64,000 bases of DNA from a virus: IMG/VR virus record IMGVR_UViG_3300009514_000435, positions 2,497-66,496 of that record. One strand, written 5' to 3'. This document shows, in pieces, positions 9,656 through 19,327 of this stretch (its first letter is position 1; the number at the start of each line of letters is the position of its first letter). The notes below the pieces were generated by a model, which saw nothing but the letters and a program-made list of their open reading frames with translations, searched no databases and had not been told where the DNA came from. Made by a program: the position numbers and the translations under genes.

Positions 9656-10332
9656 TTCTCCTTATACCTTATTAAATATTTATTAAATAAATCTGAATGT
9701 TTTTCAATTATTTTATCATCCCATTCTTTAAAATCTATTCCAGAATTAATCGAATGATAACGCAAATGTTCCCCTTTAGTGGAACTACCCTTTTGAGTGT
9801 TTAAATCATATGATTCAACAGATATCTTTTTATAGAAATCGTATTTATCCATAAAAAAATTTAAGTTTTTTTCTTTTAAGTTTAAAAACTTTACACATTT
9901 CAATAATTCTTTTTTTGGATTCATGATTAAATCTTCATAGTAAATTAATAGTTTTTTATCTCTAGGCCATTTGTGATATTCATTAATGTTTTCCATATAA
10001 TTATAAGGAGATTTATTTTGTCCTAAAATTACATCATTGTAATCTTGTTTCTGTTTAATAACGCATTCCTTATAATTTCTCAATAATAAAATAAGTTTTG
10101 ACTTATTGTAAACATCCTTATTAGTAGCAACCTTGCCATATATACGATCTTTTTCATATAAAGAATGTTCTTTTCTCAATATATAGTCACCAGAAACATT
10201 GATATGTTTTCTTATTTCTTTTATATAATCATTATCAGGATATGTTGGTCTATGAGAAATGTTTTCTATACAAAACCTCAACCAACTGTTTGCACATCTA
10301 GGGTAGGATAACAATATACAACATTTGTTCAT
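9652..10332 (-). CDS. PAPS-dependent sulfotransferase
   Basis: 5'-PSB loop SYPRCANSWL, LLRNYKE, YYEDL. Confidence 0.75.
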   Translation of the reverse strand: MNKCCILLSYPRCANSWLRFCIENISHRPTYPDNDYIKEIRKHINVSGDYILRKEHSLYEKDRIYGKVATNKDVYNKSKLILLLRNYKECVIKQKQDYNDVILGQNKSPYNYMENINEYHKWPRDKKLLIYYEDLIMNPKKELLKCVKFLNLKEKNLNFFMDKYDFYKKISVESYDLNTQKGSSTKGEHLRYHSINSGIDFKEWDDKIIEKHSDLFNKYLIRYKEN

Positions 10333-10661
10333 TCTACTTTTCCACTTTCTTCGGTACGGTATGAATCTTCTTCCATATGTGTTGTGGATATTTCGTAAAT
10401 CACACTATCTTCTAAGCCTGTAAACCTGTGTTTAGTATTTGGAAATATACGAACCTGTTCACCTTCAGACATTTCAAAGGAACCAATATCTTCAGTTTCC
10501 ATTTTAACTTTACCTGAATGTAAAATAAACGTTTCATCTTTTATTTTATGAGAATGCATACTACACCTGTATCCCTTATTCAAGTGTAGTTTTTTAAAAC
10601 AATATAATTCATTGTTTACAATCCATTCTTCTTTACCCCAAACCTTTTCAACTATTTCCAT
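10329..10661 (-). CDS. Cupin, mannose-6-phosphate isomerase-like
   Basis: KVWGKEEWIVN, SMHSHKIKDETF, HRF, EIST. Confidence 0.8.
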   Translation of the reverse strand: MEIVEKVWGKEEWIVNNELYCFKKLHLNKGYRCSMHSHKIKDETFILHSGKVKMETEDIGSFEMSEGEQVRIFPNTKHRFTGLEDSVIYEISTTHMEEDSYRTEESGKVE

Positions 10662-11316
10662 CTTTTAATTCATCCCCTAATACTTTATTTATTTGTTTTT
10701 CAAAAAGTGTAGACAAGTGATTATTGTAAAAATGAACTCTATGTAAAATATGCTTTTCATATTCTTCTCTAAATTGTTCTTTTTTACTATCATAATTTTC
10801 AGATATATTTATTATCTTTTTATCATATGTAGTTCTCGATTTAATAAATTCTTTAGATACTTTTCCTATTTTATCAAATCTCTCTTTATCAAAAACCTCG
10901 CCAAAATGATTACATATCTTAGAAAACTCTTCATGTGGAGTTTCTAGCATATTTTCATATGTTATGATCGTTTTTTTCTTTGTAAAATCTTCATTATACA
11001 TCCATTTTAATATGTTATCACAATATTGTTTTATTAATCCATCAATCTTATTCATATTTTTCAAATCAAATTTATAATAACACATTGATGAATAGATAAC
11101 ATCAAATGGATTTCTGTATAAATAAATAACATCATATAGTTTATAACTTAAATCCATATCATGTACATGATTACATTTAAAATATTTTGCATTTCTAAAT
11201 TGAAATTCGTTTTTATCTTTATTTTTAAAATAAATCTCAATTAAAGACCTAATCCAATGGCTCCCACACCTTGGAAAACTTACAAGGTGTGGATAATTCG
11301 GATCATCTATTTTCAT
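10648..11316 (-). CDS. PAPS-dependent sulfotransferase
   Basis: SFPRCGSHWIR, YLYRNPFDVIYS, ITYENM. Confidence 0.78.
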   Translation of the reverse strand: MKIDDPNYPHLVSFPRCGSHWIRSLIEIYFKNKDKNEFQFRNAKYFKCNHVHDMDLSYKLYDVIYLYRNPFDVIYSSMCYYKFDLKNMNKIDGLIKQYCDNILKWMYNEDFTKKKTIITYENMLETPHEEFSKICNHFGEVFDKERFDKIGKVSKEFIKSRTTYDKKIINISENYDSKKEQFREEYEKHILHRVHFYNNHLSTLFEKQINKVLGDELKDGNS

Positions 11317-11318
11317 TT

Positions 11319-11618
11319 CTATTCTCCAATATGGTGCATATCAAAAGCATGAACAGCTTTATCATCAATTATCATATCATAAAAAGGTTTACCTAATTCC
11401 AAGCTATCATACTTACATCCCCATTTATTTAGTTGTTCAACAGTCAAGGCAGTCCAATCTATTTTCGTTGTTGTACCTCTAGCTGTCCAATAGATTATAT
11501 GATGACCTTCATCATATAAAGAATTTATCTTGTCGATATTATTTTGAATAGGTTCCGCTTCTTCGTATTTATCGCCCGTATTACAAATAGTTCCATCAAT
11601 GTCAACTCTTATTATCAT
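11319..11618 (-). CDS. Small capless HAD-family phosphatase
   Basis: VDIDGTIC, WTARG, GKP.YD..IDDKA. Confidence 0.85.
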   Translation of the reverse strand: MIIRVDIDGTICNTGDKYEEAEPIQNNIDKINSLYDEGHHIIYWTARGTTTKIDWTALTVEQLNKWGCKYDSLELGKPFYDMIIDDKAVHAFDMHHIGE

Positions 11619-13303
11619 TCAGACATCTCCAATATTTTTTCAATGTTATCTGTATCAATATGTTCTCTTGCTTGTAAGAAATTATCCATAGACATGGCTC
11701 CAAAATTCAAAGGCACTCCATCTTTATTGTGCAGAACCTTAGTGGCATCGTCCAACTCTAAAACATAAGCATGGAAGGATTCATTACATACTGGTTCACC
11801 ATTTGGTTCATAAGTGATATTAAAATTCTTGGTTAGCATTTCTCTGGAAATAGGGTCTTTGAACATGGCCGTCCCTGGGTAAGCGGTAACGGTAAACATC
11901 TTTCGATTTACACTATCAAAAGCCTGTTTATATTCAGGTGTTCCCTTCATCAGACCTTCTGTCATAAACTGTTGTTGCCAAACTATGAAAGCTACACTGG
12001 TTTTCAGGTCAGCCAATGTTTCTTTCGGGTAACTCATAATCCAAGTACAGTTCGCATGGATACCGACATCCCTACAATTCCTAATCCCGTTAAACATTGT
12101 AGTTGGAAATTGGTATGTGTTTCCGTTCACCTTTGTCGGTGTGTATCCGTTCTTTAAAATAAAACCACCTTTGTTCATTCTAGTCAGGGTGTTTTTAGAA
12201 GCCGATTCCGCCCCAAATCCAATGTAGATACAACCAGATTTAGACATGGCCTTCACTCTTTCATCAGCTTCATCTAATCTAGTATGGGTTCCCCACCTGA
12301 TCGAATCTCTGTCAAAACCATAATCGGAGAATACTTCTACCATCTTATTTATCCTTGGAACACTTACCGCAAAATTATCATCTGGAAACCCGATAAAATC
12401 CACTTTATATCTGTCCACATAATCTCTCATTTGCTTGGCAATGTGTTCAGGCGACCTAATACCGTAATTCCTTTCCCCCTGTGCTCCCCTATAACAGAAA
12501 GCACAAGCATAAGGACATCCCCTACTGCTCACTGTGGTCAAACTTCTATCCATTGTGAAAGAAGTACAAGAACTATTATTAGCCTTCCCTCCCCACACTG
12601 GTATTGAAATATAATCTTCAAGTACATTGTGACCATACGGATCTGACTCTAATAAATCCCACGAAGCATATGGAAGGGTGTCTAGGTTTTTGGGTCTACT
12701 TCCACCGTAAATAAATCTTTCCTTTCCAAGATACTCCCCTATTCTATAGGGACTAAGTTTGCTTGACAATTTCGCTAAATGTTTATCTTCTTCTTTAAGC
12801 ACCATAGCATCTTTGGCAATCGAGATTATGACATCATCACCTTCGGAATGAGCAACACCATCTAATTCAGGAATCCAGTTAAACAAACCCTTTTTAATCT
12901 CAGTAGCCAGACCACCACCAGTTACCAAAAATGCCCTTGGTTGATGGGCCTTTACAATTTCAGCAACATTTTCTTGCCATCTTAAAGTCGTTATCATACC
13001 CGAAAAGGCAATTAAATCTTGATCCCCTTTCTGGTTAATATGTTTCATGAACATTTCTTCGGCTTCTGCAAAAGAAATAAGTCGGTAACCACCTTCAGGT
13101 TTCGGAAACCTATAACCGTTCAAATCTATAATATGAACAGTGGCTCCGTATCTTCTCAAAATTGAAGCTAGAATTGCTGGCCCTTCTGGTGGAGTATTTG
13201 GCATAGCCGATTCTCTCAAAGGCATATTGATAAAGGTCACATTTAGACCTCTAAATTCGTTTATACCGATTTCGCCATTTAACTCTGATGGATGTTTTAC
13301 CAA
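11615..13303 (-). CDS. Cobalamin-binding radical SAM enzyme (class B methyltransferase-like)
   Basis: N-terminal B12-binding-type region; SRGCPYACAFC; FPDDNF; IGFGAESAS. Confidence 0.85.
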   Translation of the reverse strand: MVKHPSELNGEIGINEFRGLNVTFINMPLRESAMPNTPPEGPAILASILRRYGATVHIIDLNGYRFPKPEGGYRLISFAEAEEMFMKHINQKGDQDLIAFSGMITTLRWQENVAEIVKAHQPRAFLVTGGGLATEIKKGLFNWIPELDGVAHSEGDDVIISIAKDAMVLKEEDKHLAKLSSKLSPYRIGEYLGKERFIYGGSRPKNLDTLPYASWDLLESDPYGHNVLEDYISIPVWGGKANNSSCTSFTMDRSLTTVSSRGCPYACAFCYRGAQGERNYGIRSPEHIAKQMRDYVDRYKVDFIGFPDDNFAVSVPRINKMVEVFSDYGFDRDSIRWGTHTRLDEADERVKAMSKSGCIYIGFGAESASKNTLTRMNKGGFILKNGYTPTKVNGNTYQFPTTMFNGIRNCRDVGIHANCTWIMSYPKETLADLKTSVAFIVWQQQFMTEGLMKGTPEYKQAFDSVNRKMFTVTAYPGTAMFKDPISREMLTKNFNITYEPNGEPVCNESFHAYVLELDDATKVLHNKDGVPLNFGAMSMDNFLQAREHIDTDNIEKILEMSE

Positions 13304-14121
13304 ACCGTTTTCCCTCCATCTATAATCATATTTTCGCCTGTCATGTATGAACTAGCTTCAGAAGCTAAGAACATGATAGCACCCTTGTATTCGTCTTTAT
13401 GGGCCATTCTACCCATAGGTATGATATTAGTCAGCTTTTCCACAAAGTCCTCTGGTTGGTGATTAAAAATGCCTGTAGGACTCAAACAATTGACTCTTAT
13501 ATTCTTTTGAGCATAATACACCGCCAGATACTTTGTCATACCGATTACTGCCCATTTTCCTGCCGAATATGTGATAGGTTTCACATTCTGTTGTTCATCG
13601 GGAACACCCTCTTTTCGATAAATTCTCTGGTCAGGAGCAATAACCCCCAAATCAGAAGAAATGTTGATAACCACACCACCGCCCGTTTTTAACATTTCAT
13701 TGCAAACTACTTGAGACACCAAAAAAGTTCCATTAATAATGGCATCTGTTCCTTCTTTCCAATATTCTTCTGTCATGGTTTCAAATCGGGCTTCATTTAG
13801 CAACCCGCCATCTGCCTTAACCTTTGGGTCTTTTCCCGCATTGTTAATCAGAATATCTATAGGTTCTATCCCCCTAATCCTTGATACCACTTCTTGTATA
13901 GAATTTTTATCAGTAACATCCATGTGTAAAGCTCTTACACAAGTGTAACCGTACTTTTCATTAAGGCTTTTTGCATTAGCCTGTGCTCTATCCAAATGAT
14001 GATCAACCAGATGAACTTCCCCACCCTGCTCAATAATAGCTTCTGCGTGTTTGGGTGCTAGAAATCCCCCGCCACCTGTAATTAAAGCGGTCTTTCCTGT
14101 TAAATCAAAAATATTTTTCAT
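13297..14121 (-). CDS. SDR oxidoreductase (PtmA-like, nonulosonate-locus type)
   Basis: TGGGGFLA, INNAG, SSDLGVIAPDQRIY, YSAGK, IRVNCLSP, SYMTG..IIDGG..W. Confidence 0.85.
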   Translation of the reverse strand: MKNIFDLTGKTALITGGGGFLAPKHAEAIIEQGGEVHLVDHHLDRAQANAKSLNEKYGYTCVRALHMDVTDKNSIQEVVSRIRGIEPIDILINNAGKDPKVKADGGLLNEARFETMTEEYWKEGTDAIINGTFLVSQVVCNEMLKTGGGVVINISSDLGVIAPDQRIYRKEGVPDEQQNVKPITYSAGKWAVIGMTKYLAVYYAQKNIRVNCLSPTGIFNHQPEDFVEKLTNIIPMGRMAHKDEYKGAIMFLASEASSYMTGENMIIDGGKTVW

Positions 14122-14912
14122 TTCAAGTTTTCTCCAAAATGTTTATCGTGTAGTTCTTCAACAAATATCTTATCGGTTACTGCTCTTTCATATTCATACC
14201 CCGTATAGGATCTGCTCGTTTGTAATGTCCAAAGACCATCATATGCTCTTTCACCTAAAGCCTGAAATATTTCCTCAAATGGAGTATCCCCCGTTCCTAA
14301 AGGTACATTTTGTAAAGATTTACTGTCCTTATCCTTAATGTGAACATTGTCTATCCTATCGTGGAAGGCTTCAATAAAATCAGTATGGTCTATCCCTGCC
14401 ACATTGGTATTCCCTGTATCATAAGTGACTTTAGCATGGGGCAATTTATCTAAAACCTCTTTTAGATGTTCAATGGTACAGTCGGTTTCTATGCTAAATG
14501 TTATACCATTCTGCATGATACTATAATATTCACAATCTTGTAATATTTTAATAAAATGTGCTCTTTTTCCATCATCATCAATATTAGATTCCTCTAGTAT
14601 AGGGAAGGTTATTCTATGAATGTCGTGTGAAATTACTTTCGGTAATACTTTGTATAAAATATGCTGAACCTGTTGATATGAAGCACCTGTAATATTATCC
14701 AAACCCACCGAACTTATTCTCAAGTCAGATAAATCACAATAGAAAAAAGGATTACTTCGGAAATAATTATTGTTAATTATCCACTCGAAATGTTCAAACC
14801 CCAAACTTTCCATTAATGGGATTTCTTTCTCCCATTCAACAAAAGGAAACTCCTGAATCAAGCCATTAATAGGCTTTAATAATCTACCTTGAAGTATGCC
14901 TAAATTTTTCAT
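14118..14912 (-). CDS. Sugar phosphate isomerase/epimerase (xylose-isomerase-like TIM barrel)
   Basis: GILQGRL, IETD, YDTGN, VHIKD, VPLGTGD, LQT. Confidence 0.8.
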   Translation of the reverse strand: MKNLGILQGRLLKPINGLIQEFPFVEWEKEIPLMESLGFEHFEWIINNNYFRSNPFFYCDLSDLRISSVGLDNITGASYQQVQHILYKVLPKVISHDIHRITFPILEESNIDDDGKRAHFIKILQDCEYYSIMQNGITFSIETDCTIEHLKEVLDKLPHAKVTYDTGNTNVAGIDHTDFIEAFHDRIDNVHIKDKDSKSLQNVPLGTGDTPFEEIFQALGERAYDGLWTLQTSRSYTGYEYERAVTDKIFVEELHDKHFGENLK

Positions 14913-15553
14913 TTTGTTGCCGTTCCTAAAACCATTAATTCAATCGACCACCGTATAAACTCATTTTCAAACCTTTTCAAATTAGGCTTTAAAAATATCC
15001 TTAGTATCTTACTGAATATTTCAAGATATTTATATTTCCAAATTACAGGCAGTTGAGTGAATAACTCTACCTGCACATTTTTAAAACCATGTATCTTCAA
15101 CAAATCATTCATTGAAGTTATAGTGTAAGGTTGAACATGAGTATAATCTTCATAAAAAACATTCTGTTGGGTTATCCAATCGGGAACCAGTATTATCAAT
15201 CGGCCACCCTTCTTTAAAACTCTTTTACATTCGCTTAAAAAGTGTTCTGGTTTGTGGATGTGTTCTATTACCGATTTAGAAAACACTACATTAAAACTAT
15301 TATTCGGATAAGGGAAATCACTAGTTTCTAAGTCCTTTATTCTTCTGGTATACTTCCAAAATTTCTCTCTATCAATTCCTTGAACATGAAATCCCTTTTT
15401 CTTAAAAGCATCAGCAAAAACGCCTGAACCACATCCCACATCCAAAAATTTTTGATTATGTTTGAGATTATATTTCTTCATAATGTGTTCACAAAATTTA
15501 TCTGGATAGGTCGTTGGTTTTCTTTCCCCATATACCGTTTTTAAGTAGCTCAT
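14909..15553 (-). CDS. Class I SAM-dependent methyltransferase
   Basis: LDVGCGSG, FSKSVIEH, RVLKKGG, DYTH. Confidence 0.88.
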   Translation of the reverse strand: MSYLKTVYGERKPTTYPDKFCEHIMKKYNLKHNQKFLDVGCGSGVFADAFKKKGFHVQGIDREKFWKYTRRIKDLETSDFPYPNNSFNVVFSKSVIEHIHKPEHFLSECKRVLKKGGRLIILVPDWITQQNVFYEDYTHVQPYTITSMNDLLKIHGFKNVQVELFTQLPVIWKYKYLEIFSKILRIFLKPNLKRFENEFIRWSIELMVLGTATK

Positions 15554-15927
15554 AATTTTTCCACCAATTCTAAAATAAAACCAAGGGGATCGGCCATAAA
15601 AGCAACTTTATGTTTTTTATCTTCAGAAAGCATAGGATGAACTAAAAAACGCTGTAACCCTAATTTCATAACAACTTCATTCAAATTCTCTACTTGTAAA
15701 GCAACATGACAATCAGAGGGTGTATGGTTCTCCCTATCTTCACCTACAAATTCCAAAACTTCTCCGTTTGGTGTTTTCATTTTAATCACATCAATAATTC
15801 CAAAGAAAGGCCATTTTTCTACTTTACCATAAAAAACCTCAAAACCCAATTTCTTATAAAATTCTACTTCCATTCGCATGTCTTTTTTGTTGAGATAAAA
15901 TCCAGTATGTCTAATTCGTGTTATCAT
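15550..15927 (-). CDS. VOC/glyoxalase-family protein
   Basis: IRHTG, FY..LGF, LE, HVALQV, F.ADP.G..LELVE. Confidence 0.8.
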   Translation of the reverse strand: MITRIRHTGFYLNKKDMRMEVEFYKKLGFEVFYGKVEKWPFFGIIDVIKMKTPNGEVLEFVGEDRENHTPSDCHVALQVENLNEVVMKLGLQRFLVHPMLSEDKKHKVAFMADPLGFILELVEKL

Positions 15928-17095
15928 TTATTTCCCTTTTTAATATCTCCAAACCTTTCTTCAAATGATATTCTGTGATCGTTAAAGGTGGAGCCAACTT
16001 AATAGACTCTATTCCAGTATGAACCACTAGCAACCCGCTTTCCATGCACGAATGACATACCTTAGAAGCCAGTTCTTTATCTTTAAAAACAATACCTGCG
16101 ACTAAACCTTTAACATTAATCTCTGTAATGTGTTCTCTGTATGTGTGAAATATCTCTGTTATGTTGAAAATAAAAATAAACTCCTTATTTTTTAATTCCC
16201 GTTTATCCAGTTTTTCCAACTCATTTAAAACCGCCAATCCAGAAGCACAACACAAAGGGTTAGCTGAATGGGTACTACTCATATCACCGACTTCTGGAAT
16301 ATCCATGATTTCCTTTCGACCCAACACACTAGATAAAGGTAACCCTCCCCCAATAGCTTTCCCTATACACACTAGATCAGGGGTAACCTGATAATGTTGA
16401 TAGCCGAACAATTTTCCTGTTCTCCAAAACCCTGCCTGTATATCATCAAAAGTCACACAAGCTCCAATAGCATGAGCATAAGCACACAAATCTTGTACAT
16501 AGTTTTTAGGTAAGAATTTAGCAGACCACCCTTGGTATGTTTCAATCATAAAACCCGCAACCAAACTAGGTTCAACATTCAGCTTTTTCATTTCCCCAAA
16601 AAAGTTTGAGTTTTCTGTAGGAAAAGGTAAATTCAAAAAATCTTCATGTTCATAGAATCCAGTACCCTTCATCAAATCAGCACACATTGTTCTACCATGC
16701 ATTGCCCCTTTAAAGGATATTATTTTCTTTCTCCCTGTTTTCATTCTCATTAATCTCACTGCTGTTTCTGTCGCTTCGGTTCCTGATGAAAGAAGGAAGG
16801 CTTTCTCACAAAAAGGTGGAGTTATCTCTATCAACTTTTTAAGAAACTGTAATCTCAATTTGTGTGGGTATGTGTAAGAGTGTAACAACTGTTTATCCAA
16901 TGCTTTCTTTATAGCCACCCTCACTTTCTTATTAGCATGGCCGACATTCATCACAAATATGGTAGAAGTAAAATCAATATACTTCTTTCCTTTCATATCT
17001 GTTACAATGTCATTCTTAGCACACTTCCATTCCACAGGCAACATTGAGTGCATAGACTTTGGTTCTAATTCTTTTAGTTTCTCCTGTATGCTCAT
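15911..17095 (-). CDS. Class III PLP aminotransferase
   Basis: D.KGKKYIDF, VGH, SGTEATE, HGRT, FDDIQAGFWRTG, GKAIGGG, PPL. Confidence 0.9.
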   Translation of the reverse strand: MSIQEKLKELEPKSMHSMLPVEWKCAKNDIVTDMKGKKYIDFTSTIFVMNVGHANKKVRVAIKKALDKQLLHSYTYPHKLRLQFLKKLIEITPPFCEKAFLLSSGTEATETAVRLMRMKTGRKKIISFKGAMHGRTMCADLMKGTGFYEHEDFLNLPFPTENSNFFGEMKKLNVEPSLVAGFMIETYQGWSAKFLPKNYVQDLCAYAHAIGACVTFDDIQAGFWRTGKLFGYQHYQVTPDLVCIGKAIGGGLPLSSVLGRKEIMDIPEVGDMSSTHSANPLCCASGLAVLNELEKLDKRELKNKEFIFIFNITEIFHTYREHITEINVKGLVAGIVFKDKELASKVCHSCMESGLLVVHTGIESIKLAPPLTITEYHLKKGLEILKREINDNTN

Positions 17096-17799
17096 TTTTT
17101 AGTCACCAAATACTGTAAATAATCAAATTCTTCTTGGCTATCTATCTCAATAGCTTTCTCTGTCTTGTAGCCCAATACTTTGTCACCATAAGTTGTTTTG
17201 GTTTCTATGATATTACGAACAGTCACAATATCAATATAACCGTTTGGGGCATAGCATTTCTTAAACTGTTCTTTCGGAATATTAGCATTTTCATTATCAT
17301 TACCCATGTACGGTTCGATGTAAACACTAGGCAAATCACATAACATTTTCATCCTATACATCTTTTCTGGTGGCTCTGGTAAAACATGAAAAGACCTTAA
17401 CGAATGATGAGCACCGTCAACCAAATATTTAAAAAACATCTCAAGAGCACTGTTTAAAACATGAGTTTTTCTCAAGGGAGTAGTGGGCCTTAGTAATACA
17501 ATTATATCATCAATATCCATCTTCAATGTATAGATAGCGTGTAACAAATAATCAATATCTTTTGCTTTGTCTGTACAACAAAAAGGCGGTCTTAATAACG
17601 TCTCTACTTTAGATGAAACAGACTTCGCTATATCACAATATTCCACTTTATCGGTGGTCACAATAACCTTGCCTATGTGTAAACATTCTAAAGCGGATTC
17701 TATCGAATATTGCAAGACAGGCTTACCGCCTAGCAACCTAATATTCTTGTCTTTTACACTCTTAGACCCACTTCTAGCAGGGATTATACCGTAAATCAC
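17092..17799 (-). CDS. neuA: CMP-nonulosonate synthetase (acylneuraminate cytidylyltransferase)
   Basis: IIPARSGSKSVKDKNI, GKP, LRPTTPLR, NGYIDI, EIDS..EF. Confidence 0.9.
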   Translation of the reverse strand: MIYGIIPARSGSKSVKDKNIRLLGGKPVLQYSIESALECLHIGKVIVTTDKVEYCDIAKSVSSKVETLLRPPFCCTDKAKDIDYLLHAIYTLKMDIDDIIVLLRPTTPLRKTHVLNSALEMFFKYLVDGAHHSLRSFHVLPEPPEKMYRMKMLCDLPSVYIEPYMGNDNENANIPKEQFKKCYAPNGYIDIVTVRNIIETKTTYGDKVLGYKTEKAIEIDSQEEFDYLQYLVTKK

Positions 17800-18524
17800 A
17801 GTTTCATTTCTCCTTTTTCTAGTTCATCAAAAAACGCTCTCTTGTTCAGATTTATTATCCTTTGGTTTTTCATTTTAGCTGATTCGTTTATTACTTTTAA
17901 ATCTTTTAAAATACGTTCAAGATAATTATTCAGTTCCCCTTTACTGGGTATTCTAAGTTTAGCTTTACTTTCAGCATACCCTTGTGTATAATCTAAATCC
18001 AATCCTGTCACATATATCGGGTCACATCCCAACAAAACAGCAAATGCTAACATATGTACTGAAACGGTATCCCCTGAACCATAATGTTCTTTAAAAGAAG
18101 AATATCTCTGTAATTCTTCTTGAATGGTAAGTCTTTCTAAAATACGACCACAACACCTTACTCCACTCCCACAATCTTTTTGTAAAAAATGTCTTTGATC
18201 GTAAGGCAAAAAATCACAAGTGATATGTTCATCTATCCAACGTCTGGGTGTTAAATCTACCGAATCGGCATAAACAATTGTAGTGTTCCACCGATTAACT
18301 CTAGAACAATTCTTCAACATAGTTTCTATATTATTTGCATACACCACATAATCTGGTATGATATTATGAAAATTATCCCAATCATTACAGTCAATTAACA
18401 CCACATTTTTCTGTCGGTATTCTTCCATTTTAGGCAAATGTGTATTCAGACTAGGGCCATGAGCTATAACTAGACAAGGGTGGTTCTTATGAGAACCTTC
18501 AATATCAGAAAAACTTAATTTCAT
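17796..18524 (-). CDS. Maf/DUF115-like (CstII-like) CMP-nonulosonate transferase
   Basis: LVIAHGPSL, CN, PDY, GDTV...LAFAVLLGCDPIYVTGLDL; adjacent to neuA. Confidence 0.7.
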   Translation of the reverse strand: MKLSFSDIEGSHKNHPCLVIAHGPSLNTHLPKMEEYRQKNVVLIDCNDWDNFHNIIPDYVVYANNIETMLKNCSRVNRWNTTIVYADSVDLTPRRWIDEHITCDFLPYDQRHFLQKDCGSGVRCCGRILERLTIQEELQRYSSFKEHYGSGDTVSVHMLAFAVLLGCDPIYVTGLDLDYTQGYAESKAKLRIPSKGELNNYLERILKDLKVINESAKMKNQRIINLNKRAFFDELEKGEMKL

Positions 18525-19327
18525 AATTCTATAAGATTGTAATCTTTTTCAAAAGTAGCATTATCATTTTTGATTTTATAAAAATCATTTTTGTCTATAA
18601 CATACCCTTGTAAAAATTTACTGTTTAGTTCTTCTAAAGAGAAGTCTTTATTATTAGAATGTCTATTATATCCCGTTTGGGTAAGGTTATTTGCTATATT
18701 GATTGTTTTAGAATTTTCCAGACAAAGCATATAGTGTTTAAAATTTACCCTATTTAAATTTAACACCCCTTCCATATCATTAACATTTCCACCTTGAATC
18801 TTATACATCTGTTCCATCAGGAATCCAGTTCTATAAATGTGGGAATTAATACAAGCAGGATAATACCAATCAGTTCGACCATCACCCTTTGTCCAATCCC
18901 ATTTATACACTTCACCTTTTTTTTCTAGTTCTGGAATATCACATTTTAAATCTGCCGTATAACAATAATCACCAATGTTCTTTCCCATTCTCAATGAAGC
19001 ACAGTGTATTTCTTCTGTGTAATTATCCAACAAAGGTTTAACGGAATCCTTTCTAATTACAATTTCATCATCAACCATTGTCATAATATATTCAGTCTTA
19101 GAAAAGTTTATTTCACTTCTAATATCTTCGATTAAATTACTTTCTGGAACCCAACTAAATTGAGGATATTTCCCGAACAACTTCATATATCCATCCATAT
19201 ATTTTTCTGTAGTTGTCTTACAAACAATAGTAACCCGATTAGCTTCACTGAAATTATCAATGATACTAGTCAGAAGCAAATCTAACTGACAAGCCCTATC
19301 TTTTGAAAATATCAATATATCAATCAT
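18521..19327 (-). CDS. Putative GT-A glycosyltransferase
   Basis: IFSKDRACQLDLLL, MVDD (DxD-like), SLRMG; operon context. Confidence 0.6.
   Translation of the reverse strand: MIDILIFSKDRACQLDLLLTSIIDNFSEANRVTIVCKTTTEKYMDGYMKLFGKYPQFSWVPESNLIEDIRSEINFSKTEYIMTMVDDEIVIRKDSVKPLLDNYTEEIHCASLRMGKNIGDYCYTADLKCDIPELEKKGEVYKWDWTKGDGRTDWYYPACINSHIYRTGFLMEQMYKIQGGNVNDMEGVLNLNRVNFKHYMLCLENSKTINIANNLTQTGYNRHSNNKDFSLEELNSKFLQGYVIDKNDFYKIKNDNATFEKDYNLIEL

Noticed and set aside
15027-15034. TATAAATA inside the methyltransferase CDS
   Set aside because: Could be an internal late promoter, but an 8-mer of A/T is expected by chance in this AT-rich sequence; not called
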